A DNA stretch of 64,000 nucleotides from an uncultured Clostridia bacterium (GCA_947856675.1 CANUCM010000067.1:8864-72863), one strand, 5' to 3'. Shown: positions 17,078 to 28,014, numbered from the stretch's first letter. Notes: generated from the letters alone by a model not told the origin. A program made the numbers and translations.

Positions 17078-18322
17078 ATGATTAAGGAAAACATGCAGTA
17101 CATTGAAAGCGTCGATCCGGAAGTCGGCGCTGCGATGATGCAGGAATACAACCGCCAGCGCCGCAACATTGAGCTGATTGCTTCGGAAAACTTTGTAAGC
17201 CCCGCTGTCATGCTGGCCATGGGCTCCTGCCTGACCAACAAATATGCTGAAGGGTATCCCGGAAAACGTTATTACGGCGGCTGCGAATGTGTGGATGTTG
17301 TTGAAAACATCGCCCGCGAACGTGCCTGCAAGCTGTTTGGCGCAGACCATGCCAACGTTCAGCCGCACAGCGGCGCTTCGGCCAACAATGCGGTGTATTT
17401 TGCGCTCGTCAAGCCGGGTGAAACCGTACTCGGCCTGAATCTGGCTCATGGCGGCCACCTGACTCACGGCAGCCCGGTGAACATTTCCGGTACGTACTAC
17501 AATGTGGTACCGTACAGCCTGAGCGACGAAACCGAAACCATCGATTACGACGCCGTTTGGAAGCTGGCCAAGGAACATAAGCCCAAAATGATCATCGCCG
17601 GCGCTTCCGCGTATCCGCGCGAAATTCGCTTTGACAAGTTTGCAGAAATTGCAAAGGATGTCGGGGCTTACCTTATGGTCGACATGGCGCACATTGCCGG
17701 TCTGGTCGCGGCCGGCCTTCATATGAACCCCGTGCCGTATGCCGACGTCGTGACCACGACGACGCACAAAACCCTGCGCGGTCCCCGCGGCGGCATGATC
17801 CTGTGCAAGGAAGCGCTCGCCAAGCAGATTGACAAGGCCATTTTCCCCGGCACGCAGGGCGGCCCGCTGGAGCACATTATTGCGGCCAAGGCCGTATGCC
17901 TTGGCGAAGCTCTCAAGCCGGAGTTCAAGGCTTATCAGCAGCAGGTTGTCAACAACGCCAAGGCCTTGGCCCAGGCGCTCATGGACGAAGGCTTCCGTCT
18001 GGTTTCCGGCGGCACGGACAATCACCTGATGCTGGTGGATCTGCGCAACTTCAACGTCACCGGCAAAGAAATGCAGAACCGCCTGGACGAAGTCTATATT
18101 ACGCTGAATAAAAACGCAATCCCCAACGATCCGGCCAGCCCGTTCATCACAAGCGGTGTTCGTATCGGCACGCCTGCCGCCACGACACGCGGCTTCAAAG
18201 AGCCCGAAATGAAGCAGATTGCTCAGTTTATCAAATGGGCTGCCGTGGACTTTGAAGGCAAAGCCGATGCCATTCGCGCCGGCGTGACCGACCTGTGCAG
18301 CCGTTTCCCCCTGTACGAATAA
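17078..18322 (+). CDS. glyA: serine hydroxymethyltransferase
   Basis: 414 aa with [20 protein letters not shown] and [14 protein letters not shown] (PLP-Lys) motifs. Confidence 0.95.
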   Translation: MIKENMQYIESVDPEVGAAMMQEYNRQRRNIELIASENFVSPAVMLAMGSCLTNKYAEGYPGKRYYGGCECVDVVENIARERACKLFGADHANVQPHSGASANNAVYFALVKPGETVLGLNLAHGGHLTHGSPVNISGTYYNVVPYSLSDETETIDYDAVWKLAKEHKPKMIIAGASAYPREIRFDKFAEIAKDVGAYLMVDMAHIAGLVAAGLHMNPVPYADVVTTTTHKTLRGPRGGMILCKEALAKQIDKAIFPGTQGGPLEHIIAAKAVCLGEALKPEFKAYQQQVVNNAKALAQALMDEGFRLVSGGTDNHLMLVDLRNFNVTGKEMQNRLDEVYITLNKNAIPNDPASPFITSGVRIGTPAATTRGFKEPEMKQIAQFIKWAAVDFEGKADAIRAGVTDLCSRFPLYE

Positions 18323-18335
18323 GCTTTTACTGCAA

Positions 18336-18372
18336 AGAGAAAAGGCATGACCATGTCATGCCTTTTCTTTCG
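18336..18372 (+). terminator. glyA terminator
   Basis: Stem agaaaaggcatga / tcatgccttttct followed by a T-rich tail. Confidence 0.65.
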
Positions 18373-18394
18373 TATTGACAAAGGAGGATCTATC

Positions 18395-19168
18395 GTGGAG
18401 CAAAAGGGAAGGGCTGTTCTTTTCGCTCTGGGTGCATTTTTTCTCATGGCGTTTGTTCAAAGTCTGTGCAGTTCATTGATTGCCGACTTTTCCGGCGTGC
18501 AGGCAGCCGGGCAGCAGCGCGCACTGACGCTGGGGGTGGCAGCTTTGATTTTGATTGCAGCAATCCTGGCCGGAGAAAAAGCGCTGCCGCTGTTTCCGAG
18601 GCAGTGGATCGGCGGGCGGCTGGGTGTGCCGCTGACTGTCTGCTGTTTTGTTTTCGGTGCTGCCGCCAATTTGACGCTTGCCTCAATCCTTTCGCTCATG
18701 CCTTTCAGCCAGGAATTTCTCACGGAATATATGCAGGCTGTTCCTTTGGGAAAGGGCGGCGCCGCATGGGTAGAACTGACTGCGCTGTGCCTGCTCGCTC
18801 CAATTATGGAAGAGCTGCTGTTTCGCGGCGTCATCCTGCACAGCCTGGCACAGGCGTTTCCCCTGCAGGCGGCCGTGCTGATGGAATGCCTGCTGTTCGC
18901 CTGGGGGCACGGCCAAATCCTTTGGTTCCTGTATGCCCTGGCCATGGGGCTGACCCTGACGCTCATCGCATGGAAAACGCGCAGCCTGCGCGCTTCCATT
19001 GCCTTTCACATTGCATTCAACGCAGCCAACTATCTTCAGCCGCTGCTGACCGCCGGCGTCGGTGACGGGCCTGCCGCACTGCTGGGGATTGCAGCTGCGG
19101 GCCTCGTTCTGTGCGCTGCCGCAGTGTATATGCTCTGCCGGGTGCCAAGCCTGTCTGCAGGGAAATAA
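18395..19168 (+). CDS. CPBP-family intramembrane glutamic endopeptidase (CAAX protease family)
   Basis: EELLFRG, FAWGH and HIAFN motifs in a multi-TM protein. I prefer GTG 18395, which lies 6 nt after AAGGAGGA. The track start at 18347 sits inside the glyA terminator. Confidence 0.8.
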   Translation: MEQKGRAVLFALGAFFLMAFVQSLCSSLIADFSGVQAAGQQRALTLGVAALILIAAILAGEKALPLFPRQWIGGRLGVPLTVCCFVFGAAANLTLASILSLMPFSQEFLTEYMQAVPLGKGGAAWVELTALCLLAPIMEELLFRGVILHSLAQAFPLQAAVLMECLLFAWGHGQILWFLYALAMGLTLTLIAWKTRSLRASIAFHIAFNAANYLQPLLTAGVGDGPAALLGIAAAGLVLCAAAVYMLCRVPSLSAGK

Positions 19169-19189
19169 GCGGGTGCTGTAAAAAATGGT

Positions 19190-19224
19190 AAAGCCGGCAA
19201 TGCGTATCTGCATTGCCGGCTTTT
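19190..19224. terminator. bidirectional terminator
   Basis: 14-bp stem aaagccggcaatgc / gcattgccggcttt with a 6-nt loop, placed between convergent genes. Confidence 0.75.
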
Positions 19225-19230
19225 GTGTTC

Positions 19231-20511
19231 TTATTCTTCCGGTTTGCTGGCCGGACTGCTCCCATCGGCACCTTTGTTATCCTGCCGGGCACGCCGCTGT
19301 CCGCCGCGGCTGCCGCGATGCCTGCGCCGCGGAAACGGGGAAGAACGTTCTTTTTTCACGCCGTTTTGCTGTGCGGCTTCCTCGCTGCCGGCTGAGGGCG
19401 GCTGGGTGCGTACGCGCCCTTTTTCCGGTGCGTCCGCCGCAGGCTGCTCACCGGGATTCTTTTTGCCGTTCCGGGCCGCACGGTTTTGAGAATGCTGGCG
19501 GCCTGTGCGCTGCGAAGAGCGCTCCGCAGACTTTTCCTGACCGCCGGCATCGGAAGGCCGTTCCGGCCTGGGCGCGCGATTCCGCGCAGGCCTTGGCTGC
19601 GAGCGGGCAGGGGAGGGCTGCTTTTCGGGTACGGGTTCCGCGGTACCATCCGGCAGCGGCAGGTCCAAAGCCTGGGGCGCGCAGGAAGATTCTTCGGAAA
19701 CCGGACGCTGTGTGCGGCCGCAATCCTCACAGGGCATCACGACCGGGGAGTCGGGCGAAGACTGCAGGCGCACCTTGCAGCAGCCTTTAAGCAGAGAAAC
19801 CTCCATCACCGTGCCGCGGCCCTGAGGGGTATCCACTACGGAATCCACCTTGGGCGCGCTGCGGATCAGCTCTTTATACGTATCGCTTTCGTACTTAAGG
19901 CAGCACATCAGACGCCCGCAGGTACCCGAAATTTTTGTGGGGTTGAGCGACAGCCCCTGCTCTTTTGCCATGTTGATGGAAACCGGCTGAAAGTCGTCCA
20001 GGAAGGTTGTGCAGCACAACGGGCGGCCGCAAATACCCAGCCCGCCGATCATTTTGGCTTCATCCCGAACGCCAATCTGCCGCAGCTCGATGCGCGTGCG
20101 GAATACAGAGGCAAGATCTTTTACAAGTTCGCGGAAGTCCACCCGGCCATCCGCACTGAAATAAAAGAGAATTTTGCTGTGGTCAAACGTGTACTCCACA
20201 GCAACAAGCTTCATTTCCAGTTTGTGCTTTGCAATTTTCTCCTCGCAAATACGGAAGGCTTCTTTTTCCAGGCGGGCGTTTTCCTCCAGGATTTTTCGAT
20301 CGTTTTCACTGGCTTTGCGCAGCGCTTTTTTGAGCGGTTTGACGATTGAGCTGTCGCTGACCTCGCTGTTGGGCATGGCGACCTCGCCGCACTCAACACC
20401 GCGTGCGGTTTCAACGATGACATATTCCCCCTCGGCTGCATGCAGCCCGTTGGGGTCAAAATAATACACTTTTCCGACTTTTTTAAAGCGGACACCGATA
20501 ACTTCTGTCAT
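19231..20511 (-). CDS. ricT: RicT/YaaT (PSP1 domain, stage 0 sporulation protein) with long basic C-terminal extension
   Basis: The PSP1 core is VIGVRFKKVGKVYYFDP...GICGRPLCC..F...GTCGRLMCCLKYE. ATG 20511 lies behind GGAGGA and overlaps the holB TAA (TAATG). About 150 extra Arg/Pro/Ser/Ala/Gln-rich residues follow at the C-terminus. Confidence 0.85.
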   Translation of the reverse strand: MTEVIGVRFKKVGKVYYFDPNGLHAAEGEYVIVETARGVECGEVAMPNSEVSDSSIVKPLKKALRKASENDRKILEENARLEKEAFRICEEKIAKHKLEMKLVAVEYTFDHSKILFYFSADGRVDFRELVKDLASVFRTRIELRQIGVRDEAKMIGGLGICGRPLCCTTFLDDFQPVSINMAKEQGLSLNPTKISGTCGRLMCCLKYESDTYKELIRSAPKVDSVVDTPQGRGTVMEVSLLKGCCKVRLQSSPDSPVVMPCEDCGRTQRPVSEESSCAPQALDLPLPDGTAEPVPEKQPSPARSQPRPARNRAPRPERPSDAGGQEKSAERSSQRTGRQHSQNRAARNGKKNPGEQPAADAPEKGRVRTQPPSAGSEEAAQQNGVKKERSSPFPRRRHRGSRGGQRRARQDNKGADGSSPASKPEE

Positions 20512-21437
20512 TATTTCCTCCAAAAGCGCGTCAAATTCTCACCGCAAAACGCAGCCAGAGCTCCGGAAAGCGCAGTGACCGAAGCATTTAAAGCGGTTTT
20601 TTCCCGCTGGGAAGCCACATACTCATACAGAGCGGGGAGAAACCCGGAATATGCCCCGCCGCCATGGCGCAGCTGTCCGACAATACATGTGCACAGCGCA
20701 TCACAAAAGAGTGCATAATTGTCACGGGAAAGGGAGCCTGCTTCCATACAACAGCGAAAAACCGCCAATTCGCCTTGTTCAAGAGCCTGTGTAAAGCTGC
20801 GTGCCAGTACAGTCGTTTCGTTGTGCTCTCCCTGTAAAAACTCCGCTGCCGCCCCATAAAAACCGCCGCTTTGCGCAATGGCCCGCTCAACATCCGCCGG
20901 TGCCGCGGTAGGAAAATGGCTTGCCAGAAGTTTGCGCAGTTCATCTTCAGTTAATGGCTCCATACGGTAGTGCAGTCCGCGGGAGCGAACGGTTGGCAGC
21001 AGCTTTTCAATATTTTCACACAACAAAATAAACACGCTGGAGGCCGGTTCTTCCAAAACCTTGAGCAGCGCGTTTTGGCTCTGCACGTTCATTTTGTCAG
21101 CAAAGCAGACAATAAACACCTTGCATTCTGCTTCACTGGGCCGAACAAAGGAGCGGGTGCGCAAACTGCGCACCGCGTCCACTTTAATTTCTTCGCCTTC
21201 CGGGTTAAACAGCTCAAAATCCGGGTGCGAACCGGCTTTTACCCGGGTGCAGGCGCCGCAGCAGCCGCAGGGAGCAGGGGAACGTGTACACAAAAGCCCC
21301 ATGGCAATGTCCCGGGCTGCTGTCCGCTTTCCCGATCCGCTGGGTCCGCTGAGAATCAGGCACCCGCTTTCGCCGCTGTGATAATCCGAAAAAGCATGTT
21401 TCAGATTAAGATTACCGCAAAGCGAGGGAAGCTGCAT
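20511..21437 (-). CDS. holB: DNA polymerase III subunit delta-prime
   Basis: 308 aa with an AAA+ P-loop (GPSGSGKRT), a Zn-module C.CG.C..C and synteny with darA and ricT. Confidence 0.85.
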   Translation of the reverse strand: MQLPSLCGNLNLKHAFSDYHSGESGCLILSGPSGSGKRTAARDIAMGLLCTRSPAPCGCCGACTRVKAGSHPDFELFNPEGEEIKVDAVRSLRTRSFVRPSEAECKVFIVCFADKMNVQSQNALLKVLEEPASSVFILLCENIEKLLPTVRSRGLHYRMEPLTEDELRKLLASHFPTAAPADVERAIAQSGGFYGAAAEFLQGEHNETTVLARSFTQALEQGELAVFRCCMEAGSLSRDNYALFCDALCTCIVGQLRHGGGAYSGFLPALYEYVASQREKTALNASVTALSGALAAFCGENLTRFWRK

Positions 21438-21442
21438 TCAGA

Positions 21443-21766
21443 TTATACCTTTTCAAAGCGTTCCACGTTCAGAACGAAGATTGTTGCACCGCCAACCGTT
21501 ACTTCGACAGGCATGGACGGGTAGAAGTTGATGCCCGCCTCCGAGGTCGTGGGGATCACCTGTTTGCGGCTCTTGGAGTACTTACCGATGATGTCGATAA
21601 CGGCCTGCACGCGGTCGTCATTCACACCAATCAGGATAGTGACGTTGCCGGCGCGGAGAAATCCGCCGGTGGTCGACAGGCGTGTTACAGAATACCCCTC
21701 TTTCATCAGATTCTGAATGACGGCAGAAGCGTCATCGGCGTTGAGGATGGCAATCAGCATTTTCAT
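21443..21766 (-). CDS. darA: cyclic-di-AMP receptor, PII-like protein DarA (YaaQ)
   Basis: 107 aa. VTRLSTTGGFLRAGNVTILIG and PVEVTVGGATIFVL match the B. subtilis YaaQ/DarA pattern, and the yaaO-yaaQ-holB-yaaT synteny is conserved. Confidence 0.85.
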   Translation of the reverse strand: MKMLIAILNADDASAVIQNLMKEGYSVTRLSTTGGFLRAGNVTILIGVNDDRVQAVIDIIGKYSKSRKQVIPTTSEAGINFYPSMPVEVTVGGATIFVLNVERFEKV

Positions 21767-21769
21767 CGT

Positions 21770-23161
21770 TCAAATCCTCCTTTCAAAATGTCGCGGGAGC
21801 ACCGCGTTGTTTATAGTACGGATGTAAGTGTCTTCATTATAACCTTTTTTCAACAAATATTCAACGCAAAACTTTGTCAAACTCTCACCCATAACCACCG
21901 CGGCGACCCCCGGAGGATAAGGCGCAAGATGCTGGCCGGCCACACAGCCCTGGCATTCGCGCAGCGGACGAAGTTCTTTTGGGGCAAACAGCGCCTGTGC
22001 CGGGGTCAGCACGGCTTCGGGCTGTGGGGGAAGGGGGAGCTCGCCCGGGCTTACAGGGCGTTTCGGAGGACCTGCCGCCGCGGCCTGCAGTGCCTGTAAA
22101 AGTCTGGCGCGGTCTTCCTGCGTATCCTGTGCGCTCAAAATGAACACCACCCGGCCGTCGTCCTGCATTTCGGGTTCTGCGCCCAATGCAAAAAGGCGCT
22201 CGGCTGTTTCAAAACCGCTTATTCCTGCCGGTTTTGTCAAAACGGTCAGCCTGCACGGATCCTCTGCGGCCAGGCAGCGAAACGGCGTTTGTTCTTCGAT
22301 GCATCGGCGCAGCGCAAGCGACTGCTGGGCCGTGTATTGCCACAGCCCGTTGTCGAGTTCCATGCGGGCGCGCGCAAAATCAAGCGACGCCATAATAATA
22401 TAAGACGGTGAAGTCGTGCCATATAAGGCGCAGTTTTCCCGAAGCTGCTGCCGCTGCACGCTGCTCAGCCCGCGAAAGGCAAGATACGCTCCCTGGCCTG
22501 CTGCGGACAGGGTTTTGTGCGCCGAAAAAATAACAATATCCGCACCCAAAAGCGCTGCATCCGCGCTTCCGCAGGCACGCAGGTGCGAGCCGTGCGCAGA
22601 ATCCACAATAAGGCGGCAGCCGCAATCGTGCGCAGCGGCGGCCAGTTGCGCCACATTCAGGCAGCGGCCGTAATAAGTCGGACTTGTAATGACCGCAGTG
22701 CGAGCACCGCTCTGCTGCAGCAGGGAAGCAAACGCCTGCACGTCAATATCGCCGGTGACGCCGGTTTCGGGGGAGAAACGGGGATAAATATACTGCGGCA
22801 GCAAATTGATTTGCGCACAGGCATCCAAAACACTTTTATGGCAGTTTCTGTCCAGCACCACGGCGCTTCCCGGAGCACAGCATGTATGCAGGGCCGCTTT
22901 CAGCCCCTGAGTGGCTCCGCAGGTTAAGAAAAAACATCCGTCCATCCCATACCACTGCGCAGCCCGCTGTTCTGCCAGGGCAATGGGGCCGTTTTCTTCA
23001 TACAGGTTCCCTGTGGCGGGGAGCTCTGTGTAATCCACCGGAAACACCGTTTCAAAAATGCTTCCCGCGGCCCGCCCCTTATGTCCGGGCATGTGGAAGC
23101 GCGAAACGCCGCGTCTGCCAGCCAGTTCGGTCAGGGCGCAGAGCAGGGGAGCGTCATACAT
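21770..23161 (-). CDS. Orn/Lys/Arg decarboxylase-family PLP enzyme (YaaO-like)
   Basis: The homologous region starts at ATG 23161 (MYDAPLL...FHMPGHKG) and overlaps the alr stop by 8 nt. It has SAHKTL as the PLP-Lys motif. The product is 463 aa. Confidence 0.8.
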   Translation of the reverse strand: MYDAPLLCALTELAGRRGVSRFHMPGHKGRAAGSIFETVFPVDYTELPATGNLYEENGPIALAEQRAAQWYGMDGCFFLTCGATQGLKAALHTCCAPGSAVVLDRNCHKSVLDACAQINLLPQYIYPRFSPETGVTGDIDVQAFASLLQQSGARTAVITSPTYYGRCLNVAQLAAAAHDCGCRLIVDSAHGSHLRACGSADAALLGADIVIFSAHKTLSAAGQGAYLAFRGLSSVQRQQLRENCALYGTTSPSYIIMASLDFARARMELDNGLWQYTAQQSLALRRCIEEQTPFRCLAAEDPCRLTVLTKPAGISGFETAERLFALGAEPEMQDDGRVVFILSAQDTQEDRARLLQALQAAAAGPPKRPVSPGELPLPPQPEAVLTPAQALFAPKELRPLRECQGCVAGQHLAPYPPGVAAVVMGESLTKFCVEYLLKKGYNEDTYIRTINNAVLPRHFERRI

Positions 23162-24248
23162 ACCTGCGCTCCACGCTTTCGGGGACAAACATCGGAGAAA
23201 CATCAAACACCGCAACATCACCCGGCGCACAGTCGATCTCCGTAACGTCCGCGACGGTATGGTTCACACCGACATGCCCCAGTACACGCGCCCGCTTTCC
23301 GTTGATCAGGACATAAAAGCGTTTGCCTGTTACAAAGGACTTGAAGGCGCTGGCTGCATACCGGATGCAGTCTCCGAAGCGGAAGGTATCGCGCGCTTTT
23401 TCGAGCATGAAGCCATCGGCCGTGCCTACGGGGATAATCGCAATTTTTGTCGGGCGCTTTGTCACATAGGCGCTGCCATACCCGATGCCGTGACCCTTGG
23501 TCAGCCAGCGCACCTCTGCCACGGAGCTGTGCAGCCTGCCTGTTTTCTGAAGCCCATAGTCTCCGCGGCATGTAAGCCTGCCGCCCACAGAAGAACCGGG
23601 GCGCACCGCGTCGAGCATGGGAAGGTCGCAGTAAAACAGTCCGGCTGAGTTGGCTGCGTGAAGCATCCCGGGCTCCAGGCCGGCCTGACGCACCTTGGCG
23701 GCCACATCCAGCAGCATCCTGCACTGCTCCTGTGTCTTTTTCCGGCTGCGGAAAGCGCACGGAAAGTGAGTGTACATTCCCGTGACATTGAGGTTTGTCA
23801 TAAAACGATAGACCGACAAAATGCGTTCAAGCTCGGAAGGTTCAAACCCATAACGCCCCATGCCTGTATCGATCTTGATGTGCACGTCGCACGAAAGGCC
23901 CTCTTTCTCGGCCATTCCGTTGAGAGCCACGGCGGCGTCATAGGAACCGATGGTTGCTGTGGCGCAGGCTGTCAGGATCTGCCGGATATCTTCGGGGCAG
24001 GAAGTGGAGCGCAAAATGAGAATTTCTTCTTCCGAAAAACCCCAATCGCGAAGGCGTACGGCATCCTGGGGCTCTGCAACGGCAAAGCGGCGAACCCCGT
24101 GCTGGCGAAGCAAATCGGCCATTTGCCGCAAATCCAGGCCGTATGCATTGGCTTTAAGCACTGCTATGACGGCGGCGCCGCCGGCTTTTTCGCGAATTTT
24201 GTCGAGATTGTTGACAATTTTATCTTTTTCTACGATTAAAACCTTCAT
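23154..24248 (-). CDS. alr: alanine racemase
   Basis: 364 aa with the N-terminal PLP-Lys motif AVLKANAYGLD and the overall Alr architecture. Confidence 0.88.
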   Translation of the reverse strand: MKVLIVEKDKIVNNLDKIREKAGGAAVIAVLKANAYGLDLRQMADLLRQHGVRRFAVAEPQDAVRLRDWGFSEEEILILRSTSCPEDIRQILTACATATIGSYDAAVALNGMAEKEGLSCDVHIKIDTGMGRYGFEPSELERILSVYRFMTNLNVTGMYTHFPCAFRSRKKTQEQCRMLLDVAAKVRQAGLEPGMLHAANSAGLFYCDLPMLDAVRPGSSVGGRLTCRGDYGLQKTGRLHSSVAEVRWLTKGHGIGYGSAYVTKRPTKIAIIPVGTADGFMLEKARDTFRFGDCIRYAASAFKSFVTGKRFYVLINGKRARVLGHVGVNHTVADVTEIDCAPGDVAVFDVSPMFVPESVERRYV

Positions 24249-24283
24249 ATCTCAAGCCCCCGCGTCTGGTTTATTTCTTCGGT

Positions 24284-25384
24284 CTACGATTTTGGAGAGG
24301 GTTGCGGCTTTTCAGCGGAAGATTTCTCTGCCCGGTCCCTGCGCACAGCCAGATTGTGGCGTATGGAACGCAGCGTATCCATTCCCGTGTCAGCGGCAAA
24401 GTTTATCAGCGGATGATAGATCATCTCAAACTCCCCGCAAAACTCCACCAGCTCTCCGGAAAATCCTTTTTTGAAAAGATAGAGGCCGTACAGCGGGTTT
24501 TCGGGGGTCAAATCACCGGAAACGCCGCGAAAATCATAAATATCGCACCCGGTTTCCAGGGCCCACCGGATCATTTCCCACTGAAGCTGGTAGTTTGGCA
24601 TGACATTGCGGTACTGGTTGGAGGAAGCTCCGTAAAGGTACCACACCTTATTTCCGTAGTGAATGGCTATCGTACCGGCAATGGGCTTGTCCTGCCAGAA
24701 TGCCATGTACAAGCGGGCGTGTTCACCCAGTGCGTCCAGCATTTTTTCAAAATAGGAAAGCGGACGGACAATAAATCCATCGCGGGCGCCGGTCTCCTGC
24801 ATAATGGACGAAAAGGCCGGAAGCATTTCCTTGCCGCACAGCCTGACTTCGACGCCTTTGCGAATGGAAAGCCGGAGGTTATACCGGGTTTTCTGGTGAA
24901 AAGCGGCCAGCAGCTCTTCTTCGGTTTTATTTTTGACGTCCAGACGGAAGACATAGTTTGGCTGGATTCCCTCAAAATTTTTGCCGCCCGCCTTCCGGCG
25001 ATACCCCAGTTTTTCCATAATGGAAATAAACTGCGTATCCTCGCTTTTGACATCGGGGTCCAGTTTGAGGGCATACGCGCGGTGTTTTTTGGCCAGCGCC
25101 GCAGCGCCCCGGGTCAGCTCCGCAAGGGTTTCTTCATCATGCACATCGCACACCGGGCCGCGCGCGGCATACATTAAAGTGTAGGGGAGCCCGGGCATTT
25201 TGCGGATGAGAACAGACAGGCCGCCCCGGATGGTTCCGTCGGCGCCGCGCGCAATCACAGCTTCCCATGTCCAGCTGCTTTTTACATCAGCCCAAAGCCG
25301 CGACTGCAGAAAATGCCCTTTGGGGCTTTTTTGGCAAAAATCTTCATATTCTTTCAGGGTATTTGGGGTCACAAGTTCAAACAT
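24284..25384 (-). CDS. FemAB-family peptidoglycan interpeptide-bridge aminoacyltransferase
   Basis: 366 aa. The N-terminus FLQSRLWADVK and the double-GNAT-type FemX/MurM layout are present (YLYGASS, DFRGV). Confidence 0.8.
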   Translation of the reverse strand: MFELVTPNTLKEYEDFCQKSPKGHFLQSRLWADVKSSWTWEAVIARGADGTIRGGLSVLIRKMPGLPYTLMYAARGPVCDVHDEETLAELTRGAAALAKKHRAYALKLDPDVKSEDTQFISIMEKLGYRRKAGGKNFEGIQPNYVFRLDVKNKTEEELLAAFHQKTRYNLRLSIRKGVEVRLCGKEMLPAFSSIMQETGARDGFIVRPLSYFEKMLDALGEHARLYMAFWQDKPIAGTIAIHYGNKVWYLYGASSNQYRNVMPNYQLQWEMIRWALETGCDIYDFRGVSGDLTPENPLYGLYLFKKGFSGELVEFCGEFEMIYHPLINFAADTGMDTLRSIRHNLAVRRDRAEKSSAEKPQPSPKS

Positions 25385-25400
25385 GACTATCCTCCGTTGA

Positions 25401-26189
25401 TTAGAAAAAGCGTTCGATTACTTCCAGCACGCCGAAAGACCGCTCATTGCGGCACACGTAGTCACTTTGCTGCTTGACAGACGCAAGGCCGTTTTTCATG
25501 CAGCATCCGATACCGGCCCACAGCAGCATCTCCGTATCGTTGTCCGAATCCCCGCAGGCAACGGCGTCGACAGGCGTCAGGCCAAAGCTGCGGCACAGCA
25601 GATCCAAAGAGTGAGCTTTTGTCACACCGTTGTCCATCATTTCCAAAAGATAGGGCTTGGAAGCCGCAAGATACAGCCGATCGCCAAGCTCCCTGCGCAG
25701 GATTTTCTTGCGGCGTGCAATTTCCTCCGGCTGCGCGGCGGTCATCAGTTTTGGGGTCGGGCCCAGCGATGCGCAGCGCAAATCGCCCACTTCCAGGCAG
25801 GGGGCGTTTTTCAGGTCGGGATCGATTTCCGTCTCGCGGACAATTTTTTCAACAACGATCCGATCCTCGTTGTACAGCTGAAGATACCAGTGGTGACATG
25901 CCGCAATTTCAATGATTTTGTGCATGGCATCCATCGGAACCGGAAAGAAATGCTGCGGCTGCGGCGCGCCGGCCGCCCGGATCATCGCGCCGTTATACAC
26001 AACAAGCGGTGCGGAAATGCCGACCCGGTCGGCATATTTTTTTGCAGAAGGAAACATTCTGCCTGTGGCCAGTGTCACAAGCACCCCTTTTTCCATCAGC
26101 TGCTGCAGTGCGCAGATGACGGGCTGGGGAATGGTCAAATCCGGCATGAGCAGGGTTTCGTCCAAATCCAGACAAAGCATCTTGGGCAT
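25401..26189 (-). CDS. Cof-type HAD-IIB family hydrolase
   Basis: DLDETLL (motif I), TGR and GDSDND motifs. I prefer ATG 26189, which lies 7 nt after GGAGG. Confidence 0.8.
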   Translation of the reverse strand: MPKMLCLDLDETLLMPDLTIPQPVICALQQLMEKGVLVTLATGRMFPSAKKYADRVGISAPLVVYNGAMIRAAGAPQPQHFFPVPMDAMHKIIEIAACHHWYLQLYNEDRIVVEKIVRETEIDPDLKNAPCLEVGDLRCASLGPTPKLMTAAQPEEIARRKKILRRELGDRLYLAASKPYLLEMMDNGVTKAHSLDLLCRSFGLTPVDAVACGDSDNDTEMLLWAGIGCCMKNGLASVKQQSDYVCRNERSFGVLEVIERFF

Positions 26190-26215
26190 TGGGAATCCTC
26201 CGGCAGATTGATAAA

Positions 26216-26788
26216 TCAAAAGAGCTGCTGCAGCGCAGGCAGGTTGACGTGCACCAGCGAAAGCGTAAGCAGAATAAAAATGCAGATGTTGAACAGGGAA
26301 AAGAGCTGCGCTGTATGAATGTAGCGTTTGCGGCCGTTATGATTGCGGCTGTTGTCAAAGCAGAAATAACGGTTCAGGTGAGGGTACTGTTTTAAAAACG
26401 TCTCGGTAAACGCTTCGTACTCAGGTGAAAAGCCGTTTTGCGGGCTGCGTTCCGCCAGATAGCTGGTAATTTTTTTGGCGGTTGCCCAATGCGATTTAAA
26501 CACATTGTTCCAGCGTTCGGTCAGCTCTTTGCAAATGTAATTGAGCACCATCAGCAGCATGATAATGACAGACGAAAAAAACGGGCTGTCCAGATCAGCT
26601 ATCACGGCCAAAACGCCGCCGACCAGAGCGGCAAACAGCGTGACAAACATCATGCGCTCGTTTTCCGCATGCCGGGCCTGGTTCAGGTTTTCTTTCATGA
26701 TTTCAAGCAAAAATGTGTCATCCAGTTTGTCCGCGGGCATAAACGGTTCGCGGCTGCATTCTTGTGCAGCGGCAGGCTGCTGGTTCAT
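26216..26788 (-). CDS. hypothetical membrane protein (2-3 TM helices)
   Basis: 190 aa. GAGGGA lies upstream of ATG 26788. An amphipathic N-terminus is followed by a TM hairpin (MFVTLFAALVGGVLAVIADL / FFSSVIIMLLMVLNYI) and a C-terminal TM helix. I recognise no family motif. Confidence 0.55.
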   Translation of the reverse strand: MNQQPAAAQECSREPFMPADKLDDTFLLEIMKENLNQARHAENERMMFVTLFAALVGGVLAVIADLDSPFFSSVIIMLLMVLNYICKELTERWNNVFKSHWATAKKITSYLAERSPQNGFSPEYEAFTETFLKQYPHLNRYFCFDNSRNHNGRKRYIHTAQLFSLFNICIFILLTLSLVHVNLPALQQLF

Positions 26789-26869
26789 ATCATTCCCTCT
26801 TTATCTACAGTCTATTTTTTATTTTACAACATTTCCCCGCGAAATACCACAGGCGTACAGGGATTTATG

Positions 26870-26902
26870 CAAAAAAACAGCCGCCCATAAAGGACGGCTG
26901 TT
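26870..26902 (-). terminator. gap terminator
   Basis: Hairpin acagccgcc...ggacggctgt. On the minus strand a U7 run follows it (A7 at 26871-26877 on plus). Confidence 0.7.
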
Positions 26903-26912
26903 AAAAAACGGA

Positions 26913-27938
<1,026 letters not shown>

Positions 27939-27982
27939 TTAACATCCTCCAAAGATTGTTTGTTTTTCCTCATATTCCCTTA

Positions 27983-28014
27983 CACAAACATTATAATCTG
28001 TCACAAACATTATA
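27983..28014 (-). repeat. tandem 13-bp direct repeat in the gap promoter region
   Basis: cacaaacattata occurs at 27983-27995 and again at 28002-28014 (period 19 bp). On the gap strand it reads TATAATGTTTGTG twice. Confidence 0.9.

Noticed and set aside
16994-18025. 343-aa minus-strand ORF inside glyA
   Set aside because: It is antisense to serine hydroxymethyltransferase. I treat it as a shadow ORF.
19185-19790. 201-aa plus-strand ORF, and other-frame ORFs, over the ricT tail
   Set aside because: The region is GC-rich and low-complexity, so it is open in many frames. The minus-strand frame is continuous with the conserved PSP1 domain and ends at a terminator. I flagged it separately for an artefact check.
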